From positions 1-27,216 of the IMG/VR virus record IMGVR_UViG_2711768034_000009: 27,216 nucleotides of DNA; one strand, written 5' to 3'. The stretch comes from a virus. Its lineage: Duplodnaviria; Heunggongvirae; Uroviricota; Caudoviricetes. Shown in pieces: positions 20,394 to 27,216 of this stretch. A program made the position numbers and the translations under genes. The notes under the pieces are model-generated. The model had not been told where the DNA came from. It did not search any database and was given only the letters and a program-made list of their open reading frames with translations. The stretch's first letter is position 1; every line of letters begins with the position of its first letter.

Positions 20394-20645
20394 GTTTTTA
20401 TCTCGATTATCTATTGTTATATACAGATGTGATTTAACGCTCTGACAAATTATATACAGCACAACTATTGATAAAAACAAAATGGATGACATTTTTATCA
20501 TATCTATTGGCGGCATTCCTTGCTGAAAAAGAAATCCAAATAAAATAATAAGCAAGGCGCACGAAAGGAGTATTAATAAAGTAGATAGAGTTCCTAAAAG
20601 TATTTTTAAAATAGCAATAGAAGCATTATTCATAATATTCACCAT
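20367..20645 (-). CDS. Hypothetical small membrane protein, antisense to the tail operon
   Basis: 92-codon ORF in a low-GC gap that is otherwise non-coding on the + strand. The product is very hydrophobic with two or three predicted transmembrane segments. An internal Met at 20633 follows a GGTGA ribosome-binding-like motif. It is not certain that this ORF is expressed. Confidence 0.35.
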   Translation of the reverse strand: MVNIMNNASIAILKILLGTLSTLLILLSCALLIILFGFLFQQGMPPIDMIKMSSILFLSIVVLYIICQSVKSHLYITIDNRDKNLIKYLNRD

Positions 20646-20652
20646 TTAAAAG

Positions 20653-20672
20653 GCCGCGCTTGCGGTTTTTTT
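20653..20672 (+). terminator. Weak candidate intrinsic terminator upstream of the tailspike gene
   Basis: Short GC stem CCGC/GCGG with a GCTT loop followed by T7 (20666-20672). Confidence 0.3.
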
Positions 20673-20695
20673 ATTGCCTAATCCCGGAGGATACA

Positions 20696-22956
20696 TGGCA
20701 CTAACCCTTTTGGCTACAAACAACGCAGAAAGCACGCTGGCTTCTGCTATCAGCGCAACCGACACGTCGCTGATCGTTAGCGCTGGAACTGGTGCCGAGT
20801 TCCCTGATGCTGTGGCAGGCGAGAGTTACTTTAAGCTCACTCTCACCGATGCCGCCACTGGCTCACAGGTTGAGATCGTGAACGTGACAGCTAAGGCTGG
20901 AGACATCTTCACGATTGAGCGTGCGCAGGAAGGAACGCTGGCGCGTGCGTGGGCGGCCAATGATATGGTAGCCAACATGATGACGGCGGGTACCCTGAAC
21001 ATTATTGCTCAATATACCCAACAAGCAGCAGCATCAGCTGCACAGGCCGAAGAGTACAAGAATGATGCCTCTGAATACGCACTGAATAAGTTCACATTCT
21101 TTAAAACGCCGAGCGATCCGGATGGCACAATTGCAGGACTCGCTGCCACTACTAACGGACAGTCTTTTCGCGTAGCGGAAGGCCCGGAAGCGACAGCAGC
21201 ATTTAAAACCTACGAGAATCAGGATGGCGTGGCTGTGCTGCAGGCATCCCAACCCGGAACCTCAGCATTAACTGGGACCATCCGATACTACCCAAGTCTC
21301 TCGGCAGCGCAAAGCGATGCAAATGCAGGAAATATTTTAGCAAATGCAAAGTGCTGGGTAGATAACGAAGATGACGAAATGCTTGCCGACGAATACATCA
21401 ATTTATCTGGCGCATTGGTTGCAACTGGCAGACAGTCGGTATCAAAAAAATATATTTATGACATTATTCATAAAAACGATAGCCAGTATGTCATGGTTGT
21501 TATTGATAAAGACAATAACGTAAGGTTTGAAATTGATGTAAGCGGCTATTTTGAAACAGAAAATGTTTCTTTGAAAAATGGAAGCATTAAAAGCGGTGAT
21601 ATATCATTACGGATTGATGAAAACACAGATGGTTTTTTGGTGGTAGATTCTGATGGTAACGTTTTATTTGACTCTACCAACATAACTTCAAGTGGTGGGG
21701 GTACTGACCAGGGAGAGGTTACCGTAAACCTTCCTCCTCAAACATCTGCGTATAATGTTCTTTCAAAACTAAGATCTGCTCAGGATGATGTCTGCATTAT
21801 CATTAATAGCGACTCCACTGGAATAGATCACGATACCGACCCATCAACTGGGGTTTTGTTTTACAAGTGGACCAGAAAGCTTGCTAACTTTTTAGCTGCT
21901 AATTATCCAGCGTATACTGTTAATTATTATACATGGTCTGGGACAGGCTATTCTTCTGCCACTCAAATTCAGGTAGGGACATCTGGTAAAACCCTATACT
22001 TCTATAATGCAGCTGTTGCAGGTACTCAGCCATTATATCTTATGGGTAATTATTTTCAGGCTGCATATGTGCCAAGGCAAGCTGATCTGATCATAATGAA
22101 TCACGGGCATAATACTGACAGTAACGCACTTGTTTCCACTCATATGGGAATGGATTTGGCTGTAATGTATGCAATGCTTGAATGGCATCCAGCTGCAGGT
22201 GGGATGATCGTTTCGCAGAACCCACTTCGCGATAGCGAAAATGGCACAACAAGAAGTGACGGAGCGAGGCAGGCGGCAACAGCTGCCGGATTTAGTCTTA
22301 TTGATGCCTTTCAGCTTTTTCAGAATGCGGGTAAGCCAAGTGGCTGGTATATGGATAACATTCATCCTAATGCCGTTGGAGATTCTCAGATTTTTGAAAT
22401 AGTAAAAGATCTATTCGTGTGGCCAGCAGCTCCAGCTTTTAAATTGCAGGGTTTTGTTAATTCTGGGAACCTGCTAAAGAATGGCGATTTTTCTACATGG
22501 ACTGACACAAGCCAGCCTCCTGACAACTGGTCAGTAACCGGTTGTACAGCCTCAAAAGACACTACTAATTTTGAGAGTGGATCATGGGGTTTGCTTCTTA
22601 CCCAGACAGATACGATTGAGGCTTATGCAAGTCAAACGCTATCGGCAGATCTTGTTAAACGTCTGAGAGGGAAAACAGTAGCTCTTTCATGTCGTGTTTT
22701 TATCCCGACATCATCTACCAGGGCTAACTGCGGGGGGGTTCAAATACCAGAAGTATCAAATACTCGTACTTATGGAAGTTCTTCCGGTGGTCGCGGTGGG
22801 TTTGTTTGGAAAACAACCCTTGTAACTATTCCAGCTACAGCGACAGCAATTACAGTTCGAGCCGTTCTTGATACTGCCGGGGGTGTGGCAGGAAACTGGT
22901 GTACTTTTGACCGGTTAGTTTTAACATCTGGCTTTATCCCGCAAGACTCCTATTAA
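20696..22956 (+). CDS. Tailspike / tail fibre protein with SGNH (GDSL-like) esterase domain and C-terminal carbohydrate-binding-like domain
   Basis: The ATG at 20696 follows GGAGG (20686-20690); the ORF track's TTG at 20674 is rejected. The N-terminal roughly 105 aa are paralogous to the N-terminus of the 23776 gene. The central region has SGNH hydrolase blocks: IIINSDSTG (block I Ser), NHGHNTD (block III) and DNIHPN (block V Asp-x-x-His). The gene is low-GC. Confidence 0.65.
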
Positions 22957-22970
22957 GGTAAGGAATAAAT

Positions 22971-23729
22971 ATGGGCGTAGTAATTGAATCTCCGGCATCT
23001 AATGGCTGGAAAACAGCAAGCAGAATAGAAGTTCCATTTGATGCGGCATGGGAGGGATTCTTTTCTTTTGGCGTCGATGCAAAGACATCTATAAGAAATC
23101 TTATTGCAGGGAAAACCGCACTTTCAGCTGTTGGAGCTCTTGTCTACGGAGATAACTACGTTGATCTCACGGGTGCGCAAACTGCTTATTTCCTGACTGA
23201 TATTATAAACAGCTCTGATATGACAGTAATGGCTACCGCAATGCCACTGGAAGAAAAAGGGATCGCGATAGCATCGAACTATCAATCTACAAGGGCTGAC
23301 GCCACTGGATTATGCATTGGCACCAGTCTTGTATTCGATGTTGGATCAAACCCTTCAGATGGTAATGTAATAACGCGATTCAACCATGCGACGCTTGTAA
23401 GTGGGGTGTCAACCGGAGCCTCTGCAGAAACGTCGGTTGCCAGCCCCATAAATGAATGGTATCTGGTCGCCGGTCGTTGTCAGAACTCGAACAGGGTTAG
23501 AAATGTTTATAACCTTACAGCAGGAACGTCTGGTACTAATACTCCTCAATTAAACCCTGTTGATATTGGCGGCCCGATGCGGATTGGTTCTGCATACAAC
23601 AGCCAATTTCCAGGGAAGGTAAGGTTGTGTGAACTTGCTATTTTTAGTGAATCACTATCTGATGCTAACTTTGCGGCTTTAACTCAATTTATGCGGCAAA
23701 GGGCTTTAACCAAGGGTATTACTGTTTAA
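22971..23729 (+). CDS. Hypothetical receptor-binding accessory protein (LamG / concanavalin-like jelly-roll suspected)
   Basis: 252-aa ORF with an AAGGA ribosome-binding site. The C-terminal pattern VDIGGPMRIGS...FPGKVRLCELAIFSESLSDANFAAL resembles LamG-type lectin domains. This is a tentative call. Confidence 0.4.
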   Translation: MGVVIESPASNGWKTASRIEVPFDAAWEGFFSFGVDAKTSIRNLIAGKTALSAVGALVYGDNYVDLTGAQTAYFLTDIINSSDMTVMATAMPLEEKGIAIASNYQSTRADATGLCIGTSLVFDVGSNPSDGNVITRFNHATLVSGVSTGASAETSVASPINEWYLVAGRCQNSNRVRNVYNLTAGTSGTNTPQLNPVDIGGPMRIGSAYNSQFPGKVRLCELAIFSESLSDANFAALTQFMRQRALTKGITV

Positions 23730-23775
23730 CATATTTATGAATATATAATATCAACATCACATAATCGGTATTAAT

Positions 23776-24807
23776 ATGACTCTAAAGCTATTAGCCAATA
23801 ATAACGCAAAGAGTGTGCTCGCTGCGGGTATTAGCGCGTCCGCTACCGTTATTACCGTGGGTACTGGAGCGGGGTCTTTATTCCCTTCCCCTGTATCTGG
23901 ACAGAGCTATTTCAAATTAACGATAACCGATGCGGCGACGAAAACAATTTCTGAAATTATGCACGTTACGTCTGTATCCGGTGACGTGATGACAGTAATT
24001 CGTGGTCAGGAAGGAACTACGGCACGCGTATGGTCAACGAATGATATTGTCGCGAATTTAATGACCGCCGGGTCATTATTATCTTTCCTGCAGATCAGCA
24101 ATAACCTGTCAGAAATTAAAGATGCCGGTGAGGATGCGATAAATGAAGCCCGTTATAACCTCGGAATATCTGATTCCTCTGGTTTTGTCGGGCGTTCACT
24201 TGGCGCTCCAAAAGCGTTCTATGCAAACGGCACCTATACGCGATCTCCTCTGGCCCGTTATGCAAAAGTAACGTTGGTCGGAGGTGGCGGCGGCGGTGGC
24301 GGGTGCCAGGCATCTAATAACACCGAAACCTTCTCCGGTGCTGGCGGCGGCGCGGGCGCGACCATTATCGTATGGGTTGACCTGTCTGCTGCCAGTTCTT
24401 ATGCGATTACTGTCGGCAAGGGTGGTAAGGGCGGAGTTGGCGCAGTAAGTGGTGCGGATGGTGGGGCCACCTCGTTTGCCAGCCTGTTCTCAGCTCCTGG
24501 CGGGAAAGGAGGAGTGAAGTCAGGCTTGACCAATACCGCCGGCGGCGCCGGAGGTACGGCGGCGACCGGAGATATCAGGATCAACGGTGGTACCGGCTCA
24601 GATGGACAGACAGGCTCAAGCCTTCTGACGGGCAACGGCGGGGCGTCGTATTTTGGCGGCGGTGGCCGGGCGGGTTCTCAGGCCGGTATTGCTGGCGCAG
24701 CTCCCGGATCCGGTGGTGGTGGCGCGTATGACCTTGGGTTTACCGGTACGGCATTTACCGGTGGTGATGGTGCTACTGGCATGGCGATCGTGGAAGAATT
24801 CGCGTAA
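23776..24807 (+). CDS. Tail fibre protein with glycine-rich C-terminal domain
   Basis: 343-aa ORF whose N-terminal roughly 105 aa are paralogous to the tailspike N-terminus. The C-terminal half is extremely Gly-rich (GGGGGGGG and GGxGG repeats). Confidence 0.55.
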   Translation: MTLKLLANNNAKSVLAAGISASATVITVGTGAGSLFPSPVSGQSYFKLTITDAATKTISEIMHVTSVSGDVMTVIRGQEGTTARVWSTNDIVANLMTAGSLLSFLQISNNLSEIKDAGEDAINEARYNLGISDSSGFVGRSLGAPKAFYANGTYTRSPLARYAKVTLVGGGGGGGGCQASNNTETFSGAGGGAGATIIVWVDLSAASSYAITVGKGGKGGVGAVSGADGGATSFASLFSAPGGKGGVKSGLTNTAGGAGGTAATGDIRINGGTGSDGQTGSSLLTGNGGASYFGGGGRAGSQAGIAGAAPGSGGGGAYDLGFTGTAFTGGDGATGMAIVEEFA

Positions 24808-24811
24808 TGGC

Positions 24812-25972
24812 TTACACTCCTGCACGACCATCGATGTAATCAGCCCACCACTGCATCATTTCTCTGCGCTTATCGAGATACTGCGCATGGTTGTAAATAC
24901 CGCGCACAGATCCGCCGTTGGCATGTGCCAGTTGCACTTCAATAGCGTCAGCAGGCCATTCGTGCTCGTTCATAATTGTGCTGAATTCATGCCTGAATCC
25001 GTGACCGCTTTCCAGACCCTCATAGCCGATTTGTTTGATCACAAGCAATACCGCGTTCTCGCAGATTGGCTTCTTCTTATCGTTGCGACCGGCAAAAACA
25101 AACTCTGATACTGGTTTAGTGATTGAGCTTAGCGTAGTGAGAAGTTCAACAACCTGGTCTGACATAGGAACCACATGAATTTTGCGACCCTTCATCACAC
25201 TGGCGTCGATGGTGATAATCCTGTTTTCAAAATCGACGTTCTTCCATTGCATGGAACGAAGCTCTTTCGTTCTTAGGGCTGTATAGCGTAAAACCTTGGT
25301 CGCAATGAGCGATACGATGCTTCCTGAAAATGTTGCCAGTGCTTTGTTAAATGCCGGGATCTGGTCTGCAGGAAGAAACGGGAAGTTTTTCTTGCGGTAT
25401 CCCTTCATGGCGTCAGCAAGGTCAGGTGCCGGGTTATATTTAGCCCTACCAGTGACAATAGCGTAACGGAAAACCTCGCCACATCTTCTGCGGGCTTTGT
25501 TGGCTCGCTCCATTGCACCGCGATCTTCAAATCTGCGGATTACTTCCAGCAGTTGCATCGGCTCAATATCCAGAATCTCGAGACCGCCGATGATGGGTAA
25601 AATGTCGTCATCAAACATTTTGGCAAGTTCAGTCGCATACCCTACAGACCACACTTGCTTCTTGTGCTCGTACCATTCCTTGTAAATGGCACTAAAGGAG
25701 TTGTTGTTAGACGAAGCCTTTTTCGCTTTTACCGGATCTATGCCAACCGAGATGTCTTTCCTCGCAGTCCATGCTTTATCCCTTGCCTCCTGCAAAGTCA
25801 TAAGCGGATATTTTCCGACAGTCAGGATTTTCTCCTTACCGTCAATCTTGTAGCGAAGCTGCCATACCTTTTTCCCTGACACAGGGACATAAAGGTACAG
25901 GCCATTACCATCGAGAAGGCGGTATGGTTTTTCTTTCGGCTTTGCTGCTTCAATCTGCTTAACGGTGAGCAT
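24812..25972 (-). CDS. intS: Tyrosine integrase (IntS-like)
   Basis: The product from the first ATG (25972) begins MLTVKQIEAAKPKEKPYRLLDGNGLYLYVPVSGKKVWQLRYK, which I recognise as IntS-like, with a C-terminal catalytic region (...HGFRHEFST...). The ORF track's 26008 start is an upstream GTG. It is adjacent to a tRNA-Arg gene. Confidence 0.9.
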   Translation of the reverse strand: MLTVKQIEAAKPKEKPYRLLDGNGLYLYVPVSGKKVWQLRYKIDGKEKILTVGKYPLMTLQEARDKAWTARKDISVGIDPVKAKKASSNNNSFSAIYKEWYEHKKQVWSVGYATELAKMFDDDILPIIGGLEILDIEPMQLLEVIRRFEDRGAMERANKARRRCGEVFRYAIVTGRAKYNPAPDLADAMKGYRKKNFPFLPADQIPAFNKALATFSGSIVSLIATKVLRYTALRTKELRSMQWKNVDFENRIITIDASVMKGRKIHVVPMSDQVVELLTTLSSITKPVSEFVFAGRNDKKKPICENAVLLVIKQIGYEGLESGHGFRHEFSTIMNEHEWPADAIEVQLAHANGGSVRGIYNHAQYLDKRREMMQWWADYIDGRAGV

Positions 25973-26133
25973 GGGTAAAAATCCGGTGGGTAAAATTATT
26001 TTATCCACTTTTTACCCGTCATGGAGTGCGGCTGTCAACGATCTGACGCGAACCATTACGAACTGTGAATCTATGGAAGGCTTGCTATTCAGGGGATTTT
26101 GCGGACTGGTACGGATGGGAGCGAACTGATAAA

Positions 26134-26208
26134 TGGTGTCCCCTGCAGGAATCGAACCTGCAATTAGCCCTTAGGAGGGGCTCGTTATATCCATTTAACT
26201 AAGAGGAC
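26134..26208 (-). tRNA. argW: tRNA-Arg (anticodon CCU)
   Basis: The reverse complement of 26134-26208 is GTCCTCTTAGTTAAATGGATATAACGAGCCCCTCCTAAGGGCTAATTGCAGGTTCGATTCCTGCAGGGGACACCA. It folds by hand into a cloverleaf with a 7-bp acceptor stem, D-stem GTTA/TAAC, anticodon stem AGCCC/GGGCT with loop CTCCTAA (anticodon CCT), T-arm GCAGG/CCTGC and a CCA end. Confidence 0.85.
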
Positions 26209-26219
26209 AATGCGGCATG

Positions 26220-26248
26220 AGTATACCCGCTAATGGAGTGCGGGGTAA
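26220..26248 (-). promoter_or_regulatory. Candidate sigma70 promoter for the tRNA-Arg gene
   Basis: On the minus strand, TATACT lies about 12 nt upstream of the tRNA 5' end, with a weak TTACCC 17 nt further upstream and a GC-rich discriminator. Confidence 0.3.
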
Positions 26249-26283
26249 GTACGCTGCCGCTCGATTGCTTAAACCCTCGCCAT

Positions 26284-27216
26284 TTATGCCGGGTTTTTAT
26301 AATTTTTCTTAATGTTTTCCGCACGTTCTGCTTTTTGGCGTGCTTCTGCTTTACGCTTATTGCTCATGTCGTTACGAATCTGTGCATGACTCATTAACGC
26401 GAAGATAAAGGTGCCGCCGCAGATGTTCCCCGCTAAAGTAGGTAGTGCGAAGGGCCAGATGAAATCGCTCCAGTGCAGCGTACCGTTAAACACCAGATAG
26501 AGGATTTCAACAGAACCGACCACGATATGGGTGGTGTCACCCAGGGCAATAAGCCAGGTCATCAATATAATCACCACAATCTTTGCCGCACCCGCTGCAG
26601 GAAACATCCAAACCATAGTGGCGATCAGCCAGCCGGAAATGATCGCGTTGGCAAACATCTCGCTGGGGGTGTTCTTCATCACATCCATGCCGATTTTGAC
26701 AAATGCATCGCGAGTTTCTTCATTGAAGATAGGCATATATTCAAATGCCCACGCCGCAATACCTGTCCCGAGAATATTACCCAGCAGCACGACGCCCCAT
26801 AACCGTATAAGTAAGCCGACGTTGCTCATTGTCGGTTTTTGCATGACGGGTAGTACCGCAGTCACGGTGTTTTCGGTAAATAATTGCTGGCGGGCCATAA
26901 TGACGATAATAAAACCAAAGGTATAACCGAGATTCTCCAGCAAGAAGCTGCCCGGCACACCTTCCAGTTCGACATGAAATATCCCTTTTGCCAGTAACGA
27001 AGCGCCCATCGACAGACCCGCCGCAATGGCTGACCACAGTAGCGCCATTGCGTCGCGTTCCAGCTCTTTTTCACCATCCTGGCGGATATGCTCATGAATT
27101 GCCATCGCCCGGGAGGGGAGTCGGTCTTCATCTATTTCTATTTTTTTGCCGCGCTCTTTTTCTTCGCTCTCAACTTCAATTTCGTCGCTGTGTTGATCAA
27201 TTTTGTCGTTGTCCAT
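26284..27216 (-). CDS. yfdC: Inner-membrane protein of the formate/nitrite transporter family (YfdC-like), host chromosomal gene
   Basis: 310-aa ORF with multiple transmembrane helices and a charged N-terminus (MDNDKIDQHSDEIEVESEEKERGKK...). Recognised from memory as E. coli yfdC-like, and its position next to argW matches the K-12 locus. The start codon lies at the window edge. Confidence 0.8.
   Translation of the reverse strand: MDNDKIDQHSDEIEVESEEKERGKKIEIDEDRLPSRAMAIHEHIRQDGEKELERDAMALLWSAIAAGLSMGASLLAKGIFHVELEGVPGSFLLENLGYTFGFIIVIMARQQLFTENTVTAVLPVMQKPTMSNVGLLIRLWGVVLLGNILGTGIAAWAFEYMPIFNEETRDAFVKIGMDVMKNTPSEMFANAIISGWLIATMVWMFPAAGAAKIVVIILMTWLIALGDTTHIVVGSVEILYLVFNGTLHWSDFIWPFALPTLAGNICGGTFIFALMSHAQIRNDMSNKRKAEARQKAERAENIKKNYKNPA

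Noticed and set aside
20674-20695. TTG start for the tailspike gene as given in the ORF track
   Set aside because: An ATG at 20696 lies 5 nt after a GGAGG ribosome-binding site; the TTG extension would run through the candidate terminator.
24300-24800. Glycine-rich region as a collagen-like triple-helix repeat or as a tandem DNA repeat array
   Set aside because: There is no strict G-X-Y periodicity, and the DNA is degenerate GGN-rich coding sequence rather than a repeat array with spacers.
24805-24815. A defence or cargo island between the tail fibre genes and the integrase
   Set aside because: The convergent stop codons are only 4 nt apart, so there is no room for an inserted gene at this junction.
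25973-26008. Upstream GTG start (26008) giving a 398-aa integrase
   Set aside because: The first ATG at 25972 gives the MLTVKQIEAAK N-terminus that matches the IntS sequence I recall. The upstream extension is probably non-coding att or regulatory DNA.

Overview
The window is the late-gene half of an integrated tailed prophage (about 1 to 26160) ending at a tRNA-Arg(CCU) attachment site, followed by a host membrane-protein gene. Left to right on the + strand: the 3' end of a lambda R-like endolysin, Rz with embedded Rz1, terminase small and large subunits, portal, head morphogenesis protein, a scaffold-like protein with an N-terminal Nudix domain, capsid proteins, neck proteins, a contractile-tail module (sheath, tube, chaperone, tape measure, Mu/P2-like baseplate), three receptor-binding genes, then a convergent IntS-like integrase. 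From memory this matches the Escherichia coli argW / intS / yfdC locus; no database search was possible. The most unusual feature is the intact Nudix box fused to the scaffolding protein inside the head operon. Other points worth a second look are an unannotated -1 frameshift site in the tail chaperone, an SGNH-esterase tailspike in a low-GC receptor-binding module, and an antisense small membrane ORF. All protein calls rest on motif and gene-order recognition, and coordinates of non-ORF features are hand-counted.
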